DNA from: an uncultured delta proteobacterium
GTDB lineage: Bacteria; Myxococcota; Kuafuiibacteriia; Kuafuiibacteriales; Kuafuiibacteriaceae
DNA: 64,000 nt
Reading direction: 5' to 3'
Assembly: GCA_963803435.1 (NCBI GenBank)
Contig: CAWDML010000001.1
Location: forward strand, 1,568,001 to 1,632,000
The translations under genes and the position numbers were made by a program. Positions 19,715 to 30,929 of this stretch are shown one piece after another. Under the pieces are notes generated by a model. That model saw only the letters and a list, made by a program, of their open reading frames with translations, did no database searches and was not told the origin of the DNA. Each line of letters begins with the position of its first letter. Positions within the stretch are counted from its first letter, which is position 1.

Positions 19715-22700
19715 CTACGCGCTCAGCTCCTCCAGGACGCGCCGCAGGTTGAGCAGATCGACCGGCTTCACCAGATGCCGATCGAACCCGGCCGCCGCCG
19801 CCCGTGCCCGATCTTTCTCCTGGCCATACCCGGTCACGGCCACCAGTCGAAACGCGCCCGGCTCGCTCCGGTGCTCCCGCAGCCGCTCGGCGAGCTCGTA
19901 GCCGTCCATCACCGGCAGCCCGATGTCGAGGAGGGCGATGTCCGGCCCGAAGGCCGCCGCCCTCTCCAGCGCCGAAGGTCCGTCGTACGCGACCTCGACC
20001 TCGTACCCGAGGCGTCCGAGCGCATGACCGAGCGTGTCGGCCAGATCGCAGTTGTCGTCGACGACGAGGACCCTCCTCCGGACCGCCACCGGTGCGACCT
20101 CGACGCTGTGCTCCGGCGTCTCGACGATCGCGCTGCCCTCTTTGACGAGCGACATCTCCACGATGAACTCGCTCCCACGGCCCGGTCCATCGCTGTGCGC
20201 CAGCACCCTGCCACCGTGGAGCTGCACCAGGCTGCGCACGATCGCGAGCCCCAGCCCCAGGCCCCCGATCGAGCGATCCATGGGCTGCGGCTGCTGGACG
20301 AACGGCTCGAAGATGCGCTCCAGCAGATCGGGAGGAATGCCAACGCCGTCGTCCCGGACTCGGAGGCGAACCTGTCCGCCTCTTCGCTCGGCCCGCACCT
20401 CGATCCCCGAACCGGGATGGCTATATCGAGAGGCGTTCGTGAGCAGGTTGGAGATCACCTGCGCGAAGCGATCCGGATCCGCCTCGATCGTCAGGGACGC
20501 GGGGACGGCGACCTGAACGCGCTGGCTCCGATGCTCGAGCATCGGGCTGACCGTCTCGAGGGCGCGTGCGACCAGGCTCCGGAGCTCGACCCGCTCTTTC
20601 CGGACCTCGATCGTCCCCCGCGTGATGCGGGAGATGTCGAGCAGGTCGTCCACCAGACGGGCGAGGTGGCACACCTGCCGCTCGATCACTTCCTGCTCGC
20701 GAGACTCGAGTCCGCGCAGACGCATGAGCTCGAGCGCCGTGATGATGGGCGACAGGGGATTTCTGAGCTCGTGTCCGAGCATGGCCAGGAACTCGTCCTT
20801 GGATCGATTCGCCGCGACGGCCTCGGACCGCGCGACCTGCGCTGAGGCCAGGAGCTGCTCCCGCTGCTGTCGCGCCACCACTTGATCGGTGACCTCGATG
20901 CTGACGCGCAGGATGCCGCGCACCTGATCGTCCTGATCCCTGACGGGCTGCAGGATAGAGTTGAAGTAGCGCGGCGGGTCCGCGCGGGTCGGATCTCGGA
21001 GCTCGAGCGCGTGCTCGTCGAGAGAGACGGTCTCGCCGGTTCGATACACGTGGTCGATCCGCTCGAGATCCTCCTCCGGCCAGCACTCCAGCTCCCGGAC
21101 CTCCGCGCCCGTCAGATCCCGGCCCACCAAGCGGCGGTGGGCCTCGTTGACGAACGAGAACCGATGCGCGGGCCCCACCCAGATCGAGATCGGGAGCGGC
21201 AGCTGCTCGAGGAGCGCCAGCAGCTCGCGCCACTCCTGGTCGGCCTTGGCCTTCGAGCGTCCCAGCCGAAGCTGTGTCTCGACCCGCGCCAGCGCCTCCC
21301 GGCTCGAGAACGGCTTGACGAGACAATCGTTGGCGCCTGCCGCCATCCCCTTCATCCGAGACTCTTCTCTCGCAGACGCCGATAGCAGGATCACCGGGAG
21401 CGATCGCGTCTCGAGTTTGGATCGCAGCGACCGCAGGAGAGCCAGGCCGCAGTCCGCCACGAGCAGATCGAAGTTGCGTCGCGCCAGCGCCTCCATGACG
21501 CCTGCCGTATCCGAGACCGTCTCGACGTTCCATCGCTGGCCGAGCAGCCGCGCCAGGTACTCGCGCATGTCGGCGTTGTCGTCCGCGACCAGGATGTGTC
21601 CGGCGGAGACGCCCTGCTCCAAGGGCATCGGCCCTTCCCGGTGCGACCAATGGGCCGCTTCGTCGAGGTACGGTCTCGCGTTGGCGAGCGGCGAGGCGGC
21701 GGTGCGCCAGTACCCGACCCGACCCGCGGGGAGATGCGCGGTCCCGAACCGGAGCAACACCGTGAAGGTGGTGCCCTTATCGACTTCGCTCTTCACGGAA
21801 ACCTCGCCGCCATGGATCTCGACGAGCTTCTTGACCAGCGCCAGGCCGATCCCGAGCCCCTCCGCGGAGCGGGCCCGCCCCCGCGAAACATGGTGGAAAT
21901 GACCGAACACGCGCGGGAGATCCTTCGCCTTGATTCCGACGCCGGTGTCACGGACCGAGAGCTGCACCAGATCGCCCCTCGCACGAAGCGAAACGTCGAT
22001 CCGCCCCTCGAGCGTGAACTTCAGGGCGTTCGAGAGGAGATTGAGCACGATCTTCTCCCACATCTCCTGGTCGACGTAGACGCACTCGGGGAGCGGATCG
22101 CAGTGGACCGCGAGCTCGAGGCCCGCCGCTTCCATCGGTCCGCCAAACATGCTGGCGAGCTCCACGGTGAGCGCTGCCAGGTCGGTCGCCTGGAACCAGG
22201 CCACGGGCCGCCCCGTCTCGAGGCTCGAGAAGTCGTGGAGCTCGTCGACCAGCCGGAGGAGACGAGCGACGTTGCGCTGTGCCACCTTCAGAGCGAAACC
22301 GCCCATCGCCCCTTCAGGGCTCGAGAGTGCCTGGTCGATCGGGTCCTGCAAGAGCGACAGCGGCATCCGCAGCTCACGGCCCACGTCGCCGAGGAAGCCG
22401 GTCCTCGCGCGATCCAGCTGCGCGAGCCTTTCTGCACACCGACGGTCCTCGTCGCGAGCAAGCGCCGCGCTCGCCGACCTCGAGAGCGTCTCGGCGAGCC
22501 GCTCGTAGAACTGCCGGTAGCGTCCGTCTAACTTCAAGAGGGCGCTGACCCCCGCGACGACGATCGCAACCGGCCGCTCCGCGGCACGGATCGGTAGCGC
22601 CATCCCCGGCTCGGGATCCGCGATCAGCACGGCCTGCCGCGTGTTGAGCGCTTCGAAGAGCACCGCGCTGCTCTCTCGACCCACCAGGGCGTCGAGGGCG

Positions 22701-23272
22701 TGCACGTGAAGGAACGGCACGTCCGGTCGCTCCCCGAAGAGCCGGCCGGTGAGCGCGAAGACCTCGTCGATCGTCTTCGCCTGTCCGGTCTCGAGCGCGA
22801 GATCGCGAAGCAGCAGCGACCGGCGTTCGGCCAGCACTCGGTCCGTCGTGTCGCTCGCGAGTTGAAAGACCCCGCAGACTGTGTCCGAGTCGTCGCGGAT
22901 CGGGCTGAACGAGAAGGAGTAGAAGGTCTCCTTCGCCTGACCGTCCTCGTCGAGGAGGAACCGCTGATCGTCGACCTGCGTCGACGCCCCGGCGAAGGCC
23001 CGGCTGGCCGCGGCATCCAGCAGCACCGATACAGAAGCCCAAGCACCCGCCGTGCGGAGCCGCCCGAAGCCTTCATTGTCGACTCGAAAGCGCTCCGGTC
23101 CCCACACCACCGCCATCGGAAGGTCGGCAGCAAAACACAGGTCCGCCGCGGCCCGCAGGCGGTCAGGCCACGACGCCTCGGAGCGGAGCGGGCTCGGCTC
23201 TTCCCGGAATCTCTGCACCAGCTCGTTCACGGAGGCGAACTCCGAGCCGACAGGGTCGTCGCGCCCCACCAA
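19715..23272 (-). CDS. Hybrid sensor kinase: PAS/GAF-like - degenerate HK - REC - PAS - HK - REC
   Basis: Two HATPase domains (NLLSNALKF..DTGVGI..GLGIGL; NLLTNA..DDGVGI..GLGLGL); second H-box GHELRNPL; C-terminal REC (VVDDN, LDIGLP, LVKP). Confidence 0.9.
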   Translation of the reverse strand: MVGRDDPVGSEFASVNELVQRFREEPSPLRSEASWPDRLRAAADLCFAADLPMAVVWGPERFRVDNEGFGRLRTAGAWASVSVLLDAAASRAFAGASTQVDDQRFLLDEDGQAKETFYSFSFSPIRDDSDTVCGVFQLASDTTDRVLAERRSLLLRDLALETGQAKTIDEVFALTGRLFGERPDVPFLHVHALDALVGRESSAVLFEALNTRQAVLIADPEPGMALPIRAAERPVAIVVAGVSALLKLDGRYRQFYERLAETLSRSASAALARDEDRRCAERLAQLDRARTGFLGDVGRELRMPLSLLQDPIDQALSSPEGAMGGFALKVAQRNVARLLRLVDELHDFSSLETGRPVAWFQATDLAALTVELASMFGGPMEAAGLELAVHCDPLPECVYVDQEMWEKIVLNLLSNALKFTLEGRIDVSLRARGDLVQLSVRDTGVGIKAKDLPRVFGHFHHVSRGRARSAEGLGIGLALVKKLVEIHGGEVSVKSEVDKGTTFTVLLRFGTAHLPAGRVGYWRTAASPLANARPYLDEAAHWSHREGPMPLEQGVSAGHILVADDNADMREYLARLLGQRWNVETVSDTAGVMEALARRNFDLLVADCGLALLRSLRSKLETRSLPVILLSASAREESRMKGMAAGANDCLVKPFSSREALARVETQLRLGRSKAKADQEWRELLALLEQLPLPISIWVGPAHRFSFVNEAHRRLVGRDLTGAEVRELECWPEEDLERIDHVYRTGETVSLDEHALELRDPTRADPPRYFNSILQPVRDQDDQVRGILRVSIEVTDQVVARQQREQLLASAQVARSEAVAANRSKDEFLAMLGHELRNPLSPIITALELMRLRGLESREQEVIERQVCHLARLVDDLLDISRITRGTIEVRKERVELRSLVARALETVSPMLEHRSQRVQVAVPASLTIEADPDRFAQVISNLLTNASRYSHPGSGIEVRAERRGGQVRLRVRDDGVGIPPDLLERIFEPFVQQPQPMDRSIGGLGLGLAIVRSLVQLHGGRVLAHSDGPGRGSEFIVEMSLVKEGSAIVETPEHSVEVAPVAVRRRVLVVDDNCDLADTLGHALGRLGYEVEVAYDGPSALERAAAFGPDIALLDIGLPVMDGYELAERLREHRSEPGAFRLVAVTGYGQEKDRARAAAAGFDRHLVKPVDLLNLRRVLEELSA

Positions 23273-23352
23273 AAGATCAACGAAGTCCTTTGCCGCGGCA
23301 GAACGCTACGACCGGCGCGAAGGACGAACGACCGGCGTGGAGCATGCGGGCC

Positions 23353-26174
23353 TCAGAGTCGAGTGATCGCTCCGATGACGACGCGGACATCCCCGTCTTC
23401 GCCCAGGATCGGCTCGACGTAGACGTCACAGGTGAGCGTCCCTGATTCGAGCTCGAGGTCGAGACGTTCGCGCATGGAATGGATGTCGCGAAGCGCGCGC
23501 GTCTTGAGGTCGGTGAGCTGCCCCGCCGCAGCTCTCGGAAGGATCTCGGCGTCGGTCCGTTTGATCACGTCCTCTGCACGGTGCCCGAACAGGTCTCCGC
23601 TCACCCACTCGTATTGAAGGTCCGATGTGAGTGTAAAGATCGTCGTCCGAGAGTTCATGATCCCGCGCAGGATCCGCTCCTGGGTCGCCTGCAGGGTCTT
23701 GATCATCGTCGTCTCGACGAACGTGAGCACCACGCCGTCGATGACGTTCTCGGTGGTTCGGTAGGGGAGGATCCGCATGATGAACCACTCGTCGTTGACG
23801 TTCCGGACCTCGACCTCCTTGGATACGAGGGTCCGAAGCACGTCCTGGGCGTCGGCCACCAGCCGCTTGTACTCGAGCTTGGTGACCAGAATCCTGGAGC
23901 GGGCGCCCGACGTCGGAGGGGATCAGGCTGATCACCCGCTTCGCCCGCTCGGTGTACCGCTTGATGCAGAGACAGCCGTCGAGGAAGACGGTGGCGATGT
24001 CGGTCGCATTGAGGAGGTTCTTCATGTCGTCGTTGATTCGCGAGAGCTCTTCCAGCTTGGTCTCCAGCTCGCTATTGACGGTCTGTAGCTCCTCGTTGAG
24101 CGACTGCATCTCCTCCTTCGACGTCTCGAGCTCCTCGTTCGTAGACTGGAGCTCCTCATTCGTCGACTGAAGCTCCTCGTTCGTCGACTTCAGCTCCTCG
24201 TTCGTCGTTCCGAGCTCCTCGATGGCGTTCTGGTGATACTCGCGCATCCGTAGCAGCTCGCGCTCGAGGGCTGCCGCTCGCTCGTCCTCCGCTCCGGATG
24301 AAGCGGGTGCGTCCGCCTCGCTCTTCGGGGCGCGGGGGCGGTCGAACGAGAGCAGGAAGAGACCGCGGAGCCCCGGGGGATCGACCACACGGCGCACGAT
24401 CATGTCGCACTCGAATCCAGTGCCCGTTCGACTTCACGCGAACGCCTTCGCGTATGACGTCGCTGCCATCCGCGCTCGCTCGGCGAAGGGCGGCGGTGAG
24501 GTCGAGCTGCAGGTTGTCGCGCAGCATGTTGTAGATGTTGACCTGCACCTGGGAGCCGGGGGCCGGCTCGAGGAACTGGCCGGTCCGCCCGTGGATGTGG
24601 AGCACATCGCCGCGTTCGTTGAGCAGGACCAAGGGCGGCACCAGCTCCTCCAGGAGGAGCCGCTCCACCAGCTTGCCGATGCGGTTGTCCTCCGACTTGG
24701 CGGCCCGGGACACGGTTCCGCGACTGCGGGCGTCCGGCTGCGGAACCGCAGGAAGCTCGGAGAAATACTCGTTGGTGCCCGTGTTCTTCCGCTTGAACAG
24801 CTTCCACTTCTTGTCGATGACCTGGAAAAGCTGAGCCTGGCCGCTGATCGACTCGGACGACCCCAAGAACAGGACGCCGCCCGGGCGGAGGGCGTAGTGG
24901 AACATCGGAATGAGCCGCTGCTGGAGCGGGCCCTCGAGATAGATGAGCAGATTGCGGCAGGAGAGGAGGTCGATCTTGGTGAACGGGGGATCCTCGAGGA
25001 GATTCTGAGGCGCGAACATCAGCCGCTCCCGGACCTCCTTGCGTATCCGGAAACAGTCGTCCTCCCGAGTGAAGTTGCGCTCCAGGCGCTGCGGGGAGAG
25101 GTCGGCGGCGATGCTCGCGGAGTAGAGGCCGGAGCGCGCGACGTCGATCGCGGACGCATCGAGGTCGGTGGCGAAGACCTGGAACGGGAGATGGCGCCGC
25201 TCTCGGTCCATCACCTCCCGCAGGACGATGGCGAGCGAGTAGGCCTCTTCGCCCGTGGAGCAACCCGGGACCCAGACCCGCAGGAGGTGGTCGTCCGACC
25301 GGCTCGCGAGCAGCTCGGGGAGCACCTGCGACTCGAGCAGCGCGAAGGCGTCGGGGTCGCGAAAGAAGGCCGTCACCCCGATCAGCAGCTGCCTGAAGAG
25401 CAGATCGACCTCGGCCGGCTGGTCGCGCATCAATGACAGATACTCGCGGATACTCGACTGCTGGTGGACGACCATACGTCTCTCGATGCGGCGAAGGAGG
25501 GTGGTACGCTTGTACTCGGTGAAGTCGTGACCGGTGCGCGCTCTCAGGATCGAGAAGAGCTGCTTCAACACGTCCGCGGGCGTATCGGCCTCGAGCGTGT
25601 GATCGACCGTCCCGGCGCCGGAGACATAGGCCATCAGCTGCTCAGGTAGCTGCTCGACGGGCAGGACATAGTCGACGACCTCCGTCCGGATTGCGCTCTC
25701 CGGCATCCCGGGAAAGCGCGCAGACTCCTGGGCCATCACCATGCCGCCGGCGCCCTTGATCTCCTTGAGCCCCAGCGTTCCGTCGCTTCCGGTGCCCGAG
25801 AGCACGACCGCGATCGAGCGATCCTTCCTGTCGGCCGCGAGCGACCGGAACAAGAGGTCGATCGGGAGCCGCTCGTTCTGCGGATCATCGACCGGGTGCA
25901 GGAAGCCATCGTCGACGCGCAGGCGCTTGCCCAACGAGGAAAAATACACGTGATCGGGCAACACCTCGACCGCGTCGTCGACGACGACCGTCGGCATTCG
26001 GACGTGGGGCGCGAGCAGCTCGGGGAGCAGGCTCCGCCGGTCGCGGAGGGTATGCGTGACGACGATGAAGGCCATGCCGGTGTTCTCGGGCAGATGAGCG
26101 AAGAACGTCTGAAGCGCCTCCAGACCACCCGCCGAGGCACCGACACCGACGATCGCGAAGTCTCGAGCGCCCAC
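23353..26174 (-). CDS. CheB-CheR fusion with coiled coil and PAS domains, frameshifted near 24405 and 23893
   Basis: CheB (GASAGG, VTH, SGTGSDG), CheR (YKRTTLLRRI, VTAFFRD, GCSTGEEAYS, SCRNLLIY), STNEELQ heptads and PAS, across ORFs 24156..26312, 23426..24403 and 23353..23859. Confidence 0.9.
24129..24220 (-). repeat. Imperfect 21-nt tandem repeat encoding (S/T)TNEEL heptads
   Basis: About four AGCTCCTCGTTCGTCGACT-like units, typical of CheB/CheR fusions. Confidence 0.8.
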
Positions 26175-26454
26175 GGGACCGGACTCTAGGGACGACCGCG
26201 TACCGCGTGCAAGCGGATAGGACCGCGAACCGGCGTGGGATCGATCCCGTACTGCTCCAGCGTCCGAGCGATGAAGCAGGCCTTGCGAGCGGTCTTGGTC
26301 CAGAGTGCGCATCGCCCTCGTCGGCGACTCCGGAGCCCGTGGGCGATTGCGTCCCCACTGTGTCGGGTCGTCTCACCGTCGCCGGCTGGAGGCAGGCGCG
26401 CCGCCGTCCCGGAGGCCTGTGAGGGCGGAGCGTGCTTTGCACCCACCGGGAGCC

Positions 26455-27570
26455 ATGAGCGGCCCTCGAGTCGAACGCCTCGACGTCTCGGCGTACACAG
26501 TCCCCACGGACGGGCCTGGCGGCGAGGAGGCCGATGGGACGCTAATCTGGCGCTCCACCACGATGGTGGTGGTGGAGGTGCATGCGGGCGGCGTGGTGGG
26601 GCTCGGCTACTCTTATGGCGACGTCGCGACAGCCCACCTGGTGGACTCCAAGCTGAGGGCGCGCGTCGTGGGTAAGGACGCGCGCTCGGTGCCTGCAATC
26701 TGGCGCGATCAGATGGAGACGCTGCGGAACGCCGGCCGGCCGGGCGTGGGCTCGATGGCGGTGTCGGCGGTGGACATCGCGCTGTGGGATCTCGAGGCCA
26801 AGCTCCTCGGCGTCCCGCTGTATCGAGCGCTCGGTGCGTTCCGCGAGCGCGCGCCCATCTACGGCTCCGGCGGCTTCTGCAATTACCCGGTGGACCGGCT
26901 GGTGTCGCAGGTGGCGGGCTGGGTCGAGCGCGGGATCCCGAGGGTGAAGATCAAGACCTCGCGCCGCCCGGAGCAGGATCCCGCGCGCCTCTCCGCGTGC
27001 CGCGCGGCAATCGGGCAAGCGCCCGTCCTGATGACCGACGCGAACGGCGCGCTCACCCGCAAGCAGGCGCTCGACTGGGCGAGACGGTTCCGAGAGGAGT
27101 GGGACGTCGCGTGGTTCGAGGAGCCCGTCTCCTCCGACGACTGTCGAGGCCTTCGGCTCATCCGTGACCACGGTCCTCCGGGGCTGGAGGTGGCCGCCGG
27201 CGAGTACGGCTTCATCCTCCGCGACTTCGTCGATCTCCTCGAGGCCGGCGCAGTCGATTGCCTCCAGGCGGACGTCACGCGCTGCGGCGGAATCACCGGG
27301 CTGCTCGAAGTAGCCGGTCTCGCCGCGGCGCATCACATCGATCTGTCGGCCCACTGCGCGCCGGCCGTCTCGGCTCACGCCTTCTGCGCCGTCGAGCGGC
27401 TGCGACACCTCGAGTACTTCCACGATCACGTCCGCGTGGAGGAGATGCTGTTCGACGGCGCCCTGTCGCCCGAGGACGGCCATCTCTGTCCCGATCCCGC
27501 GCGACCCGGGCTGGGGATCGAGCTCAGGCGCCAGGACGCGGAGCGGTATCTCGTCCATCGCAGCCGGTAG
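26455..27570 (+). CDS. Mandelate racemase / muconate lactonizing enzyme (enolase superfamily)
   Basis: SAVDIALWDL, KIK, DAN, EEP, GE, D and H motifs, and PGLG; start at ATG 26455. Confidence 0.9.
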   Translation: MSGPRVERLDVSAYTVPTDGPGGEEADGTLIWRSTTMVVVEVHAGGVVGLGYSYGDVATAHLVDSKLRARVVGKDARSVPAIWRDQMETLRNAGRPGVGSMAVSAVDIALWDLEAKLLGVPLYRALGAFRERAPIYGSGGFCNYPVDRLVSQVAGWVERGIPRVKIKTSRRPEQDPARLSACRAAIGQAPVLMTDANGALTRKQALDWARRFREEWDVAWFEEPVSSDDCRGLRLIRDHGPPGLEVAAGEYGFILRDFVDLLEAGAVDCLQADVTRCGGITGLLEVAGLAAAHHIDLSAHCAPAVSAHAFCAVERLRHLEYFHDHVRVEEMLFDGALSPEDGHLCPDPARPGLGIELRRQDAERYLVHRSR

Positions 27571-27634
27571 TGTCGGAGCAGGTGGGCGCCGCACCTCCGC
27601 TAAGGTTTCGACCGCAGCGGTCGAATCCAAAGTC

Positions 27635-28441
27635 GTGCAGACGCGACTCGAGCATCTCATCGGCGAGCGACTCGCCGCTGGAACGCTTCAGCTTCCGGTC
27701 CTGCCGCGCGCCGCGCAGGAGGCGCTGCGGGCCACCGCGGATCCGCGGGCCGGCGCAGCGCACCTGGCCGACATCATCGAGCACGATCAGTCACTGGCGG
27801 CACACCTGCTCCGGATCGCGAACTCACCGATGTACGCTCAGTCCATCAAGAGCGTCTCGGTCCGTCACGCGATCGTGCGTCTCGGGCTGGCGATCGTCGC
27901 GGAGATCACGATGATCGTCGCGGTCAAATCACCAGCGTTCCGCGTGCCCGGCTGGGAGAGCGAGATCGGTGATCTCTTCGAGCACGCGTTTGCCACCGGA
28001 GTCCTCGCCAAGGCGATCGCCAAGATGAAGGGGCTCAGCGCAGAGGAAGCGTTCCTCGCGGGCCTGCTCCACGACCTGGGACGTCCGGTCCTGATCCAGG
28101 CCGTGCTCGACACGGCGCGATCCGCAGAGCTGGAGCCGCCGCGCGCGGTCGTCGCGATGCTGGTGGACAAGCTGCATACGCGGATCGGGCGTGACCTCGC
28201 GCTCCAGTGGGCGCTCCCCAGCGCGGTGATCCACGCCATTGCGCGTCATCACGATCCGAACACGACCGCGCCCATCACGCTCGCCGTGCAGCTCGCCGAG
28301 GCCGTCGTCGATCATCAGACGGGCGGCAAGGAGCTATCGGTGGACGCCGTCGCCGAGCGCCTGGGTCTCGAGCCGAAGCGCGTGGACCAGCTGCTCGAGC
28401 GATGGCCCGAGATCCTGGAGGGCATTCGCGCCGTCGCGTGA
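27635..28441 (+). CDS. HDOD domain protein
   Basis: LPVLP, D.SLAA.LLRIANS, AIVRLG, AFLAGLLHDLG and W.LP......HH. Confidence 0.92.
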   Translation: MQTRLEHLIGERLAAGTLQLPVLPRAAQEALRATADPRAGAAHLADIIEHDQSLAAHLLRIANSPMYAQSIKSVSVRHAIVRLGLAIVAEITMIVAVKSPAFRVPGWESEIGDLFEHAFATGVLAKAIAKMKGLSAEEAFLAGLLHDLGRPVLIQAVLDTARSAELEPPRAVVAMLVDKLHTRIGRDLALQWALPSAVIHAIARHHDPNTTAPITLAVQLAEAVVDHQTGGKELSVDAVAERLGLEPKRVDQLLERWPEILEGIRAVA

Positions 28442-28482
28442 CCCGCTCGATCCGATGCGCTACATAATGTCGCTGGAATCCG

Positions 28483-29616
28483 ATGAAGCGGCTGCCTCCT
28501 CTCCTGCTCCTCTCGCTCGTCACCTACGCCTGTCCGACCCCCAAGGCCGGGGACGACCGGCTCATCGCCGACTCCGGCGTGATGAGCGAGGACTCCGGCA
28601 CACCGGCGCCCGACGGCGGCTCACCTTCAGCGGACGGCGGCCCCCCGGCACCCGACGGCGGCTCGATGATCTCCGACGCGGGTCGGGACGATGGAGGAGG
28701 CTCACCGGACTCGGGCACCGAGGGATGCGTCCCCACCGGGCCTGAGGACTGCACGAACGGGATCGACGACGACTGTCAAAACGGGATCGACTGCGCGGAT
28801 CCGGCGTGTGGCGCCTGCGTCCCGCTGCCGAACGACTTCGCGCTCGGCGTCATGGTGGACGCGACCGCGGCCTGCCCGCCCGGCTTCGCAGCCGAGGAGA
28901 CCGACCTCTTCGCCGGCCTCGATCAGGGGCTCGGATGCGTCGGCTCCTGCACCTGCCAGCCGAACCCGACCCAGTGCATCGGCGCGCTCTACATTTACGC
29001 CACCGAAGCCCAGTGTCAGGGCGACACCGCGCTGACCGGCGGACAGCCGTACGGCGGGGTGATCGACAGCCAGTGCACCGCGATGCCGGTGCAGGAAGGG
29101 TTCCCGGGCGGCTTCCGCATCGGCAACTGGAGCGTGCAGCAGAGCTGCTCATCGTCCGGGGTTGCGTCGCCGAGCCCGTACACCTGGGGGCAGCGGATGA
29201 AGTTCTGCGCGGCGCAAGCCGGCTTGCAAGGCTGCGACTCGACCTCCGCCTGCGTCCCGAACGACGCAGCGCCCGACGCCTGCCTGATGACCAGCGGCGG
29301 AGCGGCCTGCCCCGATCCCTTCTCCGACCGTTCGGGCGAGTGGTACACCGGCCTCACCGACACGCGGAGCTGCGGTCCCTGCGAATGCACGGCGTCGGGC
29401 GGCAGCTGTCAGTTCGCCCAGATCTCGCTGGGCAGCGACTGGGTGTGCACCGACGGTGCCTACGTGAGCCAGCAGAGCCCCACCAGCTGCGGGTCGGCCT
29501 ACTCACCGCCCGCTCGGGTGACCGGGAGCCCGCAGGACCCCACGTGCACATCTGCGAGCCAGCTGGCGGGCAGCATCGAGGTGACCGGCCAGCAGACGGT
29601 CTGCTGTCAGCCCTGA
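28483..29616 (+). CDS. Cys-rich myxobacterial-type lipoprotein
   Basis: Lipobox TYAC, DSG/DGG linker, EDCTNGIDDDCQNGIDCADPAC motif, many Cys, ends TVCCQP. Confidence 0.8.
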   Translation: MKRLPPLLLLSLVTYACPTPKAGDDRLIADSGVMSEDSGTPAPDGGSPSADGGPPAPDGGSMISDAGRDDGGGSPDSGTEGCVPTGPEDCTNGIDDDCQNGIDCADPACGACVPLPNDFALGVMVDATAACPPGFAAEETDLFAGLDQGLGCVGSCTCQPNPTQCIGALYIYATEAQCQGDTALTGGQPYGGVIDSQCTAMPVQEGFPGGFRIGNWSVQQSCSSSGVASPSPYTWGQRMKFCAAQAGLQGCDSTSACVPNDAAPDACLMTSGGAACPDPFSDRSGEWYTGLTDTRSCGPCECTASGGSCQFAQISLGSDWVCTDGAYVSQQSPTSCGSAYSPPARVTGSPQDPTCTSASQLAGSIEVTGQQTVCCQP

Positions 29617-30884
29617 ACGGACGGCTGGGTTCGAAGGATGATGCGCACGGTGGTCCCATCGCCGGGGGTGCTCTCGACCTCGAGGCTCCCGCCGTGGTCC
29701 TCCACGATGCCCAAGCTCGCGGCCAGCCCGAAGCCCATCTTCATCCGGCCGCCGTCGCTCGAGAACGTCGGATCGTAGATCCGTTGGAGCGCGTCCTTGG
29801 AGATGCCTCGACCGTCATCCGCGATCTCGATCGAAACCTCCTCCGCCCCGTTCGTGGTCCGGATCGAGATCCGCTTCGCCTCGGCCTGACCGGCGTTGCG
29901 GAGCACGTGGAGGAACACCTGGTTGATCTGACCCGGCCGGCAGGTGATCGGCGGTAGCTCTCCGTACTCCTTGATCACCTCGACCGCTTCGAGCTCGGCG
30001 GAGAGCAGCACGAGCGCGTCGTCGATCATCTCGCTCACGCTCGCGCGCTTCACCTCGGCCTCGTCGAGATGAGCAAAGCCCTTGAGGGAGAGGATCGTCT
30101 GCTCGATGCGCGCGGTGGCCTGCTCCATCCCCTCGGCCACCCCCGCGAGCGCCGTCTGCGCCCGCGCCTGCCTCTCCGGATCGGCGAGCAGCTCGATCGA
30201 GCGGGCGGCTAGCTGTGCGTTGGAGCGGAGCACACCGAGCGGGTTATTGAGCTCGTGACAGACGCCGGCGACCAACGAGCGCAGCGAGGCGATCCGCTCT
30301 CGCTGGATGCGGCGAAGATCGATCGCCTGGCGATTCAAGAGACGTTCGAAGCGGCGAGTGGTGTACGTGATCATTCCTCCCATCCCCAGCAGCATCACGA
30401 TCCACGGCAGCTCGAGCGGGTCGAGGCGGATGATGACGAAGTCGACCGTCGCATACACGAGGAGGGCCACGGCCGAGCAGAAGACCGCCAGCCGCCAGGA
30501 GAAGCGCATCATGTTGGTCGAGACCAGAAAGAGCAGCGCGCCCGGCAGGAGATCCAGCTGGCGGAGCGCGAGGTCCGGACGCAGCTCCATCACCATCGGC
30601 CGCGCAATCACGATGCCCTTCCCGATCATCACCAGCTCCACTGCGGCCAGCAGCCAGGGCACGATCGGGTGGTAGTTCCGCTTGAACCAGGTCAGGTTGA
30701 AGATCGTGACGAAGACGACCCACACTCCGATGAGGTACGTGGAGGCCGGCAATCGATGGAACACCGCGAGCTGTACGCTCCCGCCGGCGACCACCGCGAT
30801 CGACCAAAACACCGTCCGACAGTGGTTGATCAGTCGCTCCGTTCTCCAGGCCTCGGTCATCAGGATCTGCACGCGGCCGAACAT
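29607..30884 (-). CDS. Membrane-bound sensor histidine kinase
   Basis: Multiple N-terminal TM segments; VCHELNNPL, NQVF..VLRNA, DDGRGI and GFGL. Confidence 0.9.
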   Translation of the reverse strand: MFGRVQILMTEAWRTERLINHCRTVFWSIAVVAGGSVQLAVFHRLPASTYLIGVWVVFVTIFNLTWFKRNYHPIVPWLLAAVELVMIGKGIVIARPMVMELRPDLALRQLDLLPGALLFLVSTNMMRFSWRLAVFCSAVALLVYATVDFVIIRLDPLELPWIVMLLGMGGMITYTTRRFERLLNRQAIDLRRIQRERIASLRSLVAGVCHELNNPLGVLRSNAQLAARSIELLADPERQARAQTALAGVAEGMEQATARIEQTILSLKGFAHLDEAEVKRASVSEMIDDALVLLSAELEAVEVIKEYGELPPITCRPGQINQVFLHVLRNAGQAEAKRISIRTTNGAEEVSIEIADDGRGISKDALQRIYDPTFSSDGGRMKMGFGLAASLGIVEDHGGSLEVESTPGDGTTVRIILRTQPSVQG

Positions 30885-30929
30885 CAACCCCGGCGGACGC
30901 CGCCGGACAAGCGTCGCCCGTGACTTTCG

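Noticed and set aside
24129-24220. CRISPR-like or regulatory repeat array
   Set aside because: Contiguous in-frame coding heptads without spacers; no cas genes in the window.
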